From Trichinella spiralis (taxonomy: Eukaryota), in assembly GCF_000181795.1 (NCBI RefSeq), contig NW_003526941.1, forward strand, positions 7,925,954 through 7,989,953: a DNA stretch of 64,000 nt. The letters run 5' to 3'. Position numbers and translations under genes: made by a program. Below, one piece after another: positions 15,889 through 28,611 of this stretch; the first letter of the stretch is position 1; each line of letters starts with the position of its first letter. The notes beneath the pieces are model-generated. The model saw only the letters and a program-made list of their open reading frames with translations. It made no database searches and was not told the DNA's origin.

Positions 15889-17657
15889 GAAGGGGAAGAG
15901 TGAAAAATTTTATTTGACTGGGTATTTTTTCAAAATTTTCTACTAGAATTTGATTCTACAATTTACATAATGATTCAGTGTCGTGGTTAATTTATTTTTC
16001 TTTTTTCTTGATTTGCTGTGTGAAAGAATTGCTGTTTTTTTCCCTATCTTCTTCATCTTTTGTCATTGACGTGCTGTTTTGTTGGCATGTGTGAAAGAAA
16101 ATTCCACGTTCAAACAGAATGCGTGCATCATAGTGTGATTGTTGTCGACGTGCGATGTTGATTGACATGAAGATTTGATTGAATTGATTCAAATAATAAA
16201 TGTTAAATGAAAGAAAAAGGCAGTTTTGATTATGAAATTTGTTTGCGCAAATTGTTCTTCATTTAATAATGTATCCAATAATGAATGGTGAGAATCTTAG
16301 TAAGCGTTTCGTTGGGAATTATTTTATAAAAAAAGAATGATCTGGAAATACTAAAACAAAACTGCGTTAAAACTACAATTCTGATGAATTAAGCTGTTCG
16401 ATTGAAAAGCAAATATCAGTCAGTTGATTGCAGTCAGTGCGCACGCTACAGCTTTAAAATAAATATAACTAAGACAAAGGGGGAAATGGAATGAAACGAA
16501 TAGAAAAAATGACGAGAAATGTAATGTAATAAGTTGAAGATGGATAAGAAAAAAATCAGAACAATTTGTTTTCAAAAAGAGAAAACCAACTCGAAGTGAA
16601 CTAGTATGCATAGTTTTGACGCAATGCGTTACAGCGTTTCAGCTAGCTTCAATAAATCGAACTTGATATTCAAAAGTATACTGTAAAAAGATTTAGCCGC
16701 TGAAATGCAAATCGAACAGTAGCAATTGTGTGCGTGTGGAAGAATTGTTATTAATTAGTGGCAATTTTTAAAAATGCCAGTAGCAGAACAATCAACGTGT
16801 GCGCATAATTTGCATTGGGTCCCGCTTTTCTTGTTGCTTTCCTGTCAGCTTGAATGAATTCCGGTTTCAGTTTTAATTGTATTGTCAGTGAAAGAGCTCG
16901 CGGCGACGCGGCTTAATACATGCCGGTCAGCCGTGTGCGACCTGGCGGCTATGAAAATTTTTGAAGAATTAAATCGACCCAACCCCGCGTACCGGTAACG
17001 TCCAACAACAAATAGTAGTATGAATTATGATCATTATATACGCCATGATGTAAACATTTGACGATGATAGGTGCATCGACAGTGCTATTGCGTTGGTCAC
17101 GTACAGTCGCGTTGGCATTTTGCTGAAGCGAAAATGGCAATCTCTGAGCCAACTGTCTATCGACGCAGTAATTGTTGGTACAATGGTACAACAATGGAAG
17201 AAATGAAATACGGCGAAGAGAAATTTTAATAGCAGATTTGCCTTTCAACTACTACTACTACTACTACTACTACTGCACGGGAAAGCAACTGGACAAAACG
17301 ATACAGCAAAGGAGGGTTTTTTGTTGAAAAAATTATTCTCCTCTGTTGTTTGCTTACATGTGCGCATTGGCGACAAGTTTACAATGGAAAAGCTAGACGT
17401 TGAACAACAAATGATGACGTTGCCAACGAACTGCTGCTTCGTTTATTGCTCTTTGCTGATCTATAAGTGACGGACGCCTGCGAGCTTCTCTAATTCACTT
17501 TTATTCCGTTGATATTTACTTTCTCGCCGCTATCACGCTTTGGAAGCAATTCTGATAGTAGGCAGCAATTGGAAAGCTGTTTTTCTAGCAAAGAACACTG
17601 TCGGTTGGTGGAGGAGAAAGTAAAAAATAATTTCCCACATCAACAACAACAACAACA

Positions 17658-17894
17658 ATGACCAATCAGAACAACAATTCGGAACTGCTTTCCGACGGTG
17701 GCCGCGCCGCTTTAATTGTTGTATGCAGCTTGCTGTTGTGTGTTGCGTTTGCCGTTGGCGTTTATGCGCTTTACAAAAAATTGAGAAGCAAAAGAAAATT
17801 CGAAGGACAATATTGGCCCGCATTGGAAGAAGACAAAAATGCAAGGCAGTGTTTACCGCCTCTTCCACCGCCGGCAATTGAAGGATTAATTTGA
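17658..17894 (+). CDS. crb-3: Small Crumbs-family membrane protein (CRB3-like)
   Basis: 78 aa: short ectodomain with NNS sequon, one TM helix, FERM-binding-like GQYWPALEE, proline-rich stretch, C-terminal PDZ-binding EGLI (canonical ERLI). Confidence 0.85.
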   Translation: MTNQNNNSELLSDGGRAALIVVCSLLLCVAFAVGVYALYKKLRSKRKFEGQYWPALEEDKNARQCLPPLPPPAIEGLI

Positions 17895-18014
17895 TCTGCT
17901 GTTCGACTTGTTACGTTTTTATCACTGATCATGATTCCTTGCTCAAATTGACCGCCCTGATATGTCTCATTGGATAAATTAAAAAAAAATTGTACATTCC
18001 TACCTTTTGCTTGT

Positions 18015-18040
18015 TGATGATGATGATGATGATGATGATG
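18015..18040. repeat. (GAT)n microsatellite
   Basis: Directly visible. Confidence 0.9.
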
Positions 18041-19036
18041 TAGAGATAGATCTCTTGTGGTTGATGTAAAACTAACTTATTGTTGCCATAATTTCTTGCT
18101 CGCATACATTTGGTTGGTTGGAATTGGAGTGTCGCCTTTTAAAACTCTTCTTTCCTAATCACGCGAGTGGAAATCGATTTGAAAATGCTAGCAAATTTTT
18201 TCTCCGCAAAAAGCTAAATATACAATTTTACAATACATATTAAAACTGAAATAGGTATGTGAAAATTTATTACATCTGATTCTCTCTTCTCTCTAAACTT
18301 CAGCCTGAATAATAATTTGTACATTTCGAGCAAGCTCTATTTATATAACTTGTGCAAACAGCAGTTACGAGCGTGTTTTGCTTCGATTACCGCAGCGTCA
18401 ATCTTGCACAATCAATACGTTGCTTGCCGTTGGCAATGCGGTAAATTTACATAAATTCTTGATTTCTTTCACTAACAGCGAATGACTGAACGAGTGACTA
18501 AAAAAAATATACATAACTAATACTTTTTCACAACACAAATACAGGGACTACCGTAAGATAGTTGACAAATAGACTTGAAAATCATATCAATCATCATCAA
18601 TGCAACTGTAAAACATGTTGTTCGAAATTTGTGTTTTAATTAAAATTAAGAAATGCTTCAGAAGTACATGTTCATTTATAAAAATAATCCACTCCAACGT
18701 TGATTTGACTGTCATGGAATTAATTATGAAACTTGCGCATTCTTCAACAGAAGAATTCCACAGAAAATATTTTTTAAACAGACAAAATTTGCATCGCGAC
18801 AATATTAAACTAAAAATTTTTGGTCAATTTGGAAATTTTGGTGGGTAGTTGTTAGTTGGATCTGCAATTTGAAAGCGCATCTACAAAGAGAGACATCGAT
18901 AAAAAGCAATCATATTAAAATAATTAAATATTGACAAAAGAAGATTCTTTTTTTTCCTTTTTAAACAGAACAAGAAGATTGTGAATTAAAAAAAAATCAC
19001 TAAAGAAGATTTAAACAGAACGAAAAATTTTTTAAA

Positions 19037-22000
19037 TCATAACAACTGACTGGACAGAACTTGCTCATCTGAAGATCGTTCGTTGCACTGCTTCCATACG
19101 CGATCCCGTACAAAGTGGTAACATCTCATCGCTGCATCGTACGGTGGAGGCGGTTCTTCATCCAATTCAACAGACTCTTCAAGAATACTCGGTGGTCCAA
19201 TTCCACTCGGTGTTGGCTGACTGAAGCCAAAAGCCCCGCCGTAGCTAATCGACCTCGGGGCACTTACCAAACGTCCGTTTCTTTCTTCTGATTGGTGGTC
19301 GCCTTCGTCTGTTTCGGTAAGATCATTCAGTTGCTGTGACTTCCTTTTGGCAAAAGTCAGCGATCTTGACCGGCGAGCAAAGATCAGACTGGATGTTGAA
19401 GGTCTCAGCGCTGTTCTCCAATCGTTCCAAGATCTCTTGAATTTATGCGATAATGCAACAGTCAACGGATGACTTTGTGTTCCTGTAAGCCAAGTGTCAG
19501 CCATTATTGTACCTGGAGCTAAATCCATCAACATCGCTTCGGAATAGCTTGGCACCACCAAATAGCTGGCATCCGACGGATCAGGCCTTGGTCGATTACC
19601 GGGTATTAATAAAGCAGTACTATATCGATTTGTCGGTGATAAATAATTTGTACCGAATAACTTTGTAATCTAAGTAAATTTAATTAAATTGTATTCATCA
19701 TTTTTATTAAATTAAAAAAATATAAAAAAAATAATCAGACAGACGATGAGACGGATAATATTCACAAATTATTTTTACAGTGTGCAAAGAATTTTAATTC
19801 AAATTTCAAAATAATCTGAGTTAATCACATACACAATTCATAAAAGTTTTAATTAATTTTAAAATTATTTACTTAAAATGTCTATTTCGCTAAACTTTTC
19901 ATCATTTTTAACGAAGTGCGGCAATTAGTATACTAGTGTTACTGTATTTTTTTTAAATATTTAACTGGATATAACCTAATAATTGTACTTTTTTCGCGCC
20001 AAATCAATACATAACATTGTCACTCTCTACTGTACTGTATGTATTGTTGATAAGTAGGAATGGAGATGTTGAAAATTACCTGGCAATGGGCATGGGCCGT
20101 ACGACAATCTACAAATACACGTAGTGGCCAAGAAAGCAGCATTGTCGAAAAAAGCCAATAGGCAAGTTTGGAATGAAACCACGGTGCCTGTGCGGGATTT
20201 CGGAAGACCAAAATATTTTCTTTGAACACAACATTCATCAGGTCCATTCCTTCTCGAATTTCCATGTAGTCGTCTATAGTTTCATTGTCGTGGAAGAACC
20301 GTGCACGTTGTTCTTCGAATTCGTTCGCTGCTTGCAATGTAGTAAAGACAAAACTTTTGGTAAAACGCACTTTCGTCACCGGAAATCGATCCAAATTGAT
20401 CAAACATTTCGATATATCCCGGACACCGCACGTCTGGTATACAAAACCGCATGTGGCCGTTTTTGAATTGATTCTCTCGTAATAGACTTGATTGGCCACC
20501 ACCGCATCGCCATTGCGATACCTGAAACGAATTTCCACCGACTTTGCTGTGCTTTTGACAAATTCAAAAAATAAACTTTCACAATTGAACGACAGGTTGA
20601 TTGTACAGTAATGGTTCGTTGAACTGTATGATAATAAAGTTGTATTTTAAAAATTCGTTAATAACCGCGAATACCTAGTGATGTGTCTAGTTCTTCGTGT
20701 ATAGTGATAACAAACGGCTTGCCACCAGACTACAGGTGCAGCAGCGCGCAACTTTTCCAAATGAACATTCAACGAACCGATGTCACTCTTCAAGCAACAA
20801 AAAGTCGATTTCTATTTCCGCCAATGGCCATATAATGCGCACCGTACTTTGCTGATCGAATTTTGCCTCGACTGGTAGTGCCAACATTCCATCATGTACA
20901 GGCAGTAGAGCATTGCTGCAAACGCCATCGGTATGAATGTGTACCCTTCGTCGCACGGCCCAATGGAAAACTGCGACTGATCATTTCTGCAGCATATTTT
21001 TCATTCATTCAAAAAAGAAAAATCATCACCAAAACGAAAATATGACAATAAAAAAATTCAAATATATACCCTGAGTTATCAACACTTCTGACAGTGGGCA
21101 AAGCATTAGCTGTCAGCTGGCACCAACCGATTGCTACCAAGCAACTGACAATCATCGCAGACAATGCAAAGCACTTAAAATTGAAATTCTTTTGCAAACT
21201 TTTGCAAATAAACCGTCGACGTGGAGAAAGCTTAAAAAATGCACTATTATTATTATTATTATTATATGAAAATTGATTCATTCGAGCAAATAAATTCTTT
21301 CAACAAATGAAATTCATAAGTAAATTTTATAATTTATAACAACGCAAAATATTATATTATATTGTTATTCATATTTCATATCATTATTCGCTTGTCTTAA
21401 CTGAACTGACCAGCAGTGTGCAATGATTATTTCAATTATCACTATTGTGCACGGGATAAATAGTAACAAAGTGTGCATCGAATGTGAAAATGTCACAAAT
21501 TGTTCAATTTGAAATCCACTTTGCATGTCAGTAGCCGTCTCAAGAAAAGTCGATCAGCAACTTAAATTGTTTTCTAGTTGATCTACAAGCGATTTATTAA
21601 ATTTAGAACAGAAAAAAATACAATAAGACAACAATTTTACATTGCAATTAATTTAATTTCTTCTCTGCCATCTAATATTTATCATTAGCTAAGTAGGATA
21701 AATTCATTACCGAAATTGATAATCAAGTTCTCAAAAAACATACTTATAAATGTATATATTACCAGAATTTACTTAGAATTGTTAATTATTTTTAGAAAAA
21801 TAATAAATAATTTTTTCATCAATTAAACAAATAATTGAAAGCAAATTATAAAATTGATAATCAAGAATTAATGTTGAACAGGGTCATTACATTTGTTTTT
21901 CAAATGTCACTTCAACTTAGCGCAAATGAAAATTCCAGCCATCAAAAATGGTTCATCAAATCCCATTTGAAAATTGCTCACAGCCTGCTAAAGTGTTGAA

Positions 22001-22747
22001 CGGAATTGAAAAGCAAATTGTGTGGTTGACGAAGAAGAGAACGTTTCGTTGGCCAACTTGAGAAGAAGTTTGAAAAGGATTAATCAAATCAAACAGCCAC
22101 GACGACGAGCAAAAGACCATCTCCTACTTATTCTCGTTATGAGCAATTATCGACCGAAAAGAAAAAAGAATTGAAAAATGTCACTTTTTGCCAGTGGAAA
22201 ATTGTAGATAACAGACAGCTTTTCAAAATGAAGCGGAAATAAGCCGGCGACTAACTTATGCAGAAAATAATTTGTACATAATTTTCTTCGGTTTTTTTGG
22301 AGGTTTTCGAAAATAAGAAAGAAAAAAAATGCTTCTCAACTCATTCAACGTTTTTTTTCCTACAACCACCATTCTACAGTATGTTCTGTGAATTGGGTCA
22401 GTGTTTGAAAAAATTCATTTGAAAATAAAAAGCAAAAAAAAAGATAGAAAGATACTTACGCATCAAAGTTGCACGACAAATTTGTACATTTATAAAATTC
22501 GCAAAACAAACCACGTTGTTATTGTACAATTGTAAAGTAAATTGTTTGAAAAATAATTATTAGAATAATTTTCACACAGCAAAAAAATAGATCAACAGAT
22601 CGAAATCAATATTCAACAAGATTAAAAATATTTGCATAATTTCGATTTTCAAATGTTATCCACGGTTGGATGAGCTGGAGAAAGAAAAAGTTGAAAATTC
22701 AAAACACTCACCTCATCTTTGTCAATTAAATTGTCACTGGTCGACAT
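19037..22747 (-). CDS. TMEM151: TMEM151 family transmembrane protein (multi-exon)
   Basis: PCDEGYTFIPMAF, YMMECWH, WWQAVCYHY, RYRNGDA...QVYYER, CGVRDISK, RFTKSF, DDYMEIREGM, LSWPLRV. The first exon 22712-22747 (MSTSDNLIDKDE|gtgagt) is inferred from phase and splice sites. Confidence 0.88.
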
Positions 22748-23339
22748 GGATGGTTGGGCGACAAGTAAGCGTTATTTTTCTTTTTCCTTTGCACGGGATA
22801 CTGTATATCTGAAATTTGCTTACTTTTTTCCACAATTAGCAACAGAGAAAAGCTGCAAGCTGAGAGTGTTGTCTCGAGCTTGTCTGGATGGTATTTTTCG
22901 ACGTCGACACTATTAAAGTAGCCGTTTGATGATCAACACCATTACACCGTCGTCAAATGCCGCATCCCCTAATGGACGGGCGCGTCGTGAAATGGAATGA
23001 CAAAGTGCCAGATTCAAATCGCCCGTCAAAAATGCTTGCTTTGTCCAACAAGTTGCCAGCAAACATCGAGAGTCGAATTCAGGGAGAGAAAGAGAGAGCG
23101 AAAGGCAACGGTTTGTGATCGATCGCCATTCTGATGACCATTATGATGGCTAGATCAACTTTTGGTCTTAAGCGAACATTCAACCCTGAACCAAATTGGC
23201 CATGCGCCACAAAGCTCCCGAGCCGGCGGTTCGCAACTCCATGGTCCAAATTCACCAATGCATTATCGATTTATTCGCCTTCAAATATTATTATTATGCA
23301 ATGATCAATAGTGAACAATAAGAAGCTGCTAGCCGCTTT

Positions 23340-23370
<31 letters not shown>

Positions 23371-25096
23371 GCTAACCCACACTTTTCTCTTCTCACGCAC
23401 GCACATACATATCCGATGTGAAGTGGCTAATTTCCATCACTGCTTAAAAAATTTCACATTATCACATTTGACAACTGTGTCAACTTCACGACATTAACAG
23501 TGTATTATAAAAATTATAAATACATTTTATTTGCTCCTCTGATAATAATGAATGAAAAAAATCTCTTGGATATTTTGGGAAAACATTCAAAAAATGACAA
23601 TGATAATCAAAAATTTTGCTATTCTTCATAAGATTCACTTAAACAATTCGCTTTTTTTAAAATTTAACTTTCAAGTTCAAATAAACAGTTGTTTATCAAA
23701 TGTTGCAAAATGGAAACATCAGTTATATATCCATATTTGTGTGCGTGTAGAGTTTTAATGTTTGGTTACTTATCAAAATCCGAATAAATACAAAGTTTCA
23801 GCTAGGGAATTATTTTCGATTGATTTCAATTATAAATTGCAAACGATGTCGAACTTCACAATTTGCTTATAAGAAGTAAAAATTATCGAATTTCCTATTC
23901 TTGGATAACTTTCGTGTGTAAAAATTAACGTAAATTAAACTGAATTATTTTTCAATACACCCAACTGCATAACTTGAAACTTAAATTCCATTTACTGCAG
24001 CTATAATAATATTAATAATAATAACAACCGAAATAGAAATAAATTTACTGGTAACAAGGTTTTCATTACTAATACTGTCGCAAGAGGAGGCGAAATTTAA
24101 ATGGCACGTGGGACTATTTAAATAATTGGATTTTAACGAGCGCTAAATTGGTACGAATTTCGAGAAGTTTGATTTTACATAACATCCTACCTGTGATCAC
24201 CTACGATTAATAAACTTTTCCAGCCAGCCCAATTTAACAATCAAAATCGAGCATACTGTAAGAATACAAAAACAACAACAACAAACTTACTGAACTTGTC
24301 AGCAGAAGTGATACAACTTCAGAATTTGCTCGATTCACATTTCGAAACACCTCCAACACTCGAACATTTCATTTATTATTATTATTGTTTTCAACTATAT
24401 TTATTTAGTTTCAATTGAAAACTAAATGAAATTTCTAAAGCAAAACGAAAAAAGCTTACAAGCTGCAATTGAAAATACAATTGACTTATTAAATTAAATG
24501 TAGCACATTTTCATAATTAATAAAATAATTCAGAATTAGAATGATAAGAAAGTAAAAAATACAATTTTCATTTACTTAATTTTTAAATATAAGAATCTTC
24601 AATTCCATTATTATTATTATTATTATAAAGAGCTTACTCGGCTGATTGTTTCAGTCTGAAGAACGAAATAAAATTCTCTTCTTCCAATTTCAACAATTTT
24701 CACACGCTTCTTCCAAAGTTCTAAAATTGTAAACATTCAGCTTCTTTTGCTTTTCACTTGCGAAGTAATTTGAACAATTAAACAATCAAGCGAAATTAAT
24801 TAAGCTATTTACTCTACATTAATTCCAAGTTACAAGTTTCTTTGTTACAAATATTTTTATTTACTTATTTATTTAAAAAGATGTTTCGAATATAATTTAT
24901 ATATAATATAATTTAAAACTATTTATAACTAAATATAATTTATTATAAATAAAAGAGCGAGAAATCTTCTTTACATTATCATATAAGCATATAAGCAAGT
25001 GATGAAGAATAAACCAATTATATTGCAAAAGATTCTTTAAACAGAACTGAGAAAACACAATTAATGAAGAAATGAACTTGAAGCTGATTTCTTTGC

Positions 25097-25178
25097 ATAT
25101 ATATACATACATATATATATATACATGTTTGTGCGTGCGTGTGTGTGTGTATGTGTGTGTGTGTGTGTGTGTATATAT
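25097..25178. repeat. Compound (TA)n/(TG)n microsatellite
   Basis: Directly visible. Confidence 0.9.
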
Positions 25179-25346
25179 AGGCGCTCGCGGGTGCGCACAT
25201 ACACACACAAACGCACTTGCGTGAAACATTTGTTTAAGTGAAGTGTCAATTTTATTAGAACACTAATTACAATGGCCGGCAATAGAGTAACTGCGGGCAA
25301 GTATAAATTTGTACATTTTCAAAGCAGCAAATTTTATAATTTTTAG

Positions 25347-26393
25347 TAAAATCAATCCTCCTGATCATGTCCATGCACCTTCTGTTCTACCGCGCAAAGG
25401 TATAACTGACATGTGCAAAAAAACGAAATCGATCAAACAGAAAACAAAATCTGATTTCATTTCAGCTGGATGATATAGACTGTGGATCAGTAAATCCGGT
25501 TAGAAACCAAAAAGGATATATGACAGTTGTTTACACTAGCTTATCTCGCCATCGTACTAAAGAGTGCATTGGCACCATGCTTCCGCCAACCGATGAGTTG
25601 ATCACAACGGTGCTCATACCTGAATTTTGCATTAGGCCGGCGTAAAGTTTTCATTTTTATGAAAAATCTAAAACAAATACTATTCAGCTTTATTACAGCG
25701 AAATAAACATAACCCGAATTACACTGGTGCACCATTATCGCCCACATATAAATGCATTTTATCAACATGATATCAAATCAATCCTTTTGCCCGAATCGCA
25801 CAATAATTTGACAAGAAGAAATTTACATCCAACATTAAAATTTGGCTTAATTGAACTTCGAAACCCAATAACCGTAAGTCGAAGAAGCGTGCCTGTATGT
25901 CTGCCAACAGATGAAAATACATTCGACGATGACTCAAACTGTTTTCTACTGCTCCTAAAAGATTCATCACCACCATTATCTACTGAATACATCAGCTTAA
26001 GTCTTTATAATACGACTATGTGCAGACGAGAAATTGGTGAACAAATTATTTTTTCTGATCGACACATCTGCGCTCTTGTTAATGACGATAAAGATATAGA
26101 TCCTTTAGAACCCGGTGTAAGAGTTAAATTTTCATATTTATGATACCGTTGGGATAATGATTTTCCCTTTTCAGAACCCGAAAATCATGTTGGAAGGTGG
26201 CCCGTTATTGTGCTATGATAATAATCGGTTGTATCAACTGGGAATATATGATTGGACGAAAGTGTTCGTAAGAGATCCATACCTGGAGCCTATTTTAATT
26301 TTCAGTAAACTCAAAGCTATCCACCAAATTATAGAGAATTTTCAATCAAATCCCACACTCACTTGGCCTGGTATGATAAATTATTCCAACTAA
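25347..26393 (+). CDS. Trypsin-fold serine protease homologue, catalytically inactive; 5' end uncertain
   Basis: DCG, CIGT, VLIPEFC (for LTAAHC), FGLIEL, VPVCLP, HICA, LEGGPLLC, QLGIYDW, IFSKL follow the chymotrypsin-fold motif order. Confidence 0.75.
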
Positions 26394-26862
26394 ATCTTTC
26401 CATTCTCTTTGAAAATGTAAATTCAATTTCGCGAGATACGGCGAAAGGTTTTTACAAGCTTCACTTGAAAATCACAATAAACAATATTCAGTGTGATCAT
26501 TCTATACGTTTCACTCATATTTATACTACAAATGCAATTTGTATTTAAATAAAACTAATAAAATCTCAAATGAAATATAATTCACTTCACCCAACCAAAC
26601 ACATTTTCGTTTATAATCACACTATGACGACGAATTTCATATTTGATCATTTTCAAAATATACATTAACAGAAACAGTAGAATTCACATAATATATGTAC
26701 TGATGCATTTTTTTTGAATATTCACTTCTTGTTATATGCGCAAAGTAAACACAGTCCATAATTTTATTGCAGCAATGTGCAACAATCAACCAATCATAAA
26801 TTGGAATAAAGGTTCTTCATGAAAAAACATAAATTAGGCTAGCTGAACCATAATCAGTCCGT

Positions 26863-27302
<440 letters not shown>

Positions 27303-28611
27303 TTTGAAACTGCTCAGCCAAATATAGTCGTAACGAACCGCTGGCAGAATGAGACTTACACAATGACACGACGTACTACGTTGATGAATTACTGTAAATA
27401 CATATCATGATGTGCAAGTACAAATTGGAGAAAATCACATTGTAAAATGGTTTCTTTTCATAAAAGTAAAAAGTAGTTTTTTGTCAGCACATGACTGATT
27501 TATTTAATAACTTTTTATTTAAGAAATCTTGATCTGATAATGACGACAAGTTTTTAATTATTTTAATTAATAAATAATGACAACTGAACAAACTGTTGAC
27601 AAATTAAAAATAACTAAACAAACAGTATATAAAAATTTCTGTTTGATGAAACATGATCATTAATTAAGTGATCAGAACAAAAAAGTGAACTACAAAATTA
27701 ATTTGATAATAAGCAAGTACTATAATCTTGATGTTTGTTTGTTGGCAGCCCAATGTTCAGTGAAACTACAATGATTTATTTCAAGCATTTCAGCAATTAT
27801 TTGAAAAAATTGCGTGACACTGGAAAACGCTGCAAATTTGTCGTTTCTTTCCTAAGAAAAATGCAAACTTTTGTTACCTAGGTCACGAGAGTCGTTGACA
27901 TGCAATAAATGCATCACTCATAAAGTACCAGCAGATGACGATAAATGATAAAATATGAAAGAAAACAGTTTAAAAGTCAATTATGGTTTTTGCCAACTTT
28001 TCCTTTTCCACTGCCCTTCACTGCTACTGAAGTAAAAATAATGTCGGCAAAAATTTAAAAATACATTTGACGCAATGCCTACTGAAATGTAAATGAAAAG
28101 CAAGAAAACTATGAAAAAAAACTAATTAATAAACTACATTATTTTTTTGCATTTCAATTAATACGGGAGAAATTGATCAGCAACACATCAAGGATGCTTA
28201 AATTGATAGTTCAAAATTAATAAATTTCACACAAACTGGACCACGTAACTCAGCTTCATAGGGTTTGCGGGGCAAAGCAGCTTTTAACCGTGTCAACGTG
28301 GCGGATACAGTTTCCAATATTCCAAGACGACATATTTGATCGTTGGCCTGATTTGTTCGTTCGCAACTTCAGAAGAAGAAGAAGAAGACGATTGTCATTG
28401 TTTCGTGCTTGCAAAGCCTGACCGAGAATCAATGAAACGCATAACACTTCCACGCTGACGTTCGATATTGGAAGTCTCGTGTGAAGAGTTTGTCTTTCAA
28501 GCAAGAAAAAATGCACTTAAAATTGCGCAACAATTGCATCAACTCGTCATCCTATGCTGTTCAGAATTATTCATCGACAATTCTTTCCCAACAACTGCTT
28601 CATCACCATCT

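Noticed and set aside
24897..25300. ORFs with HTHTHT repeats
   Set aside because: Translations of the TG/TA microsatellite.
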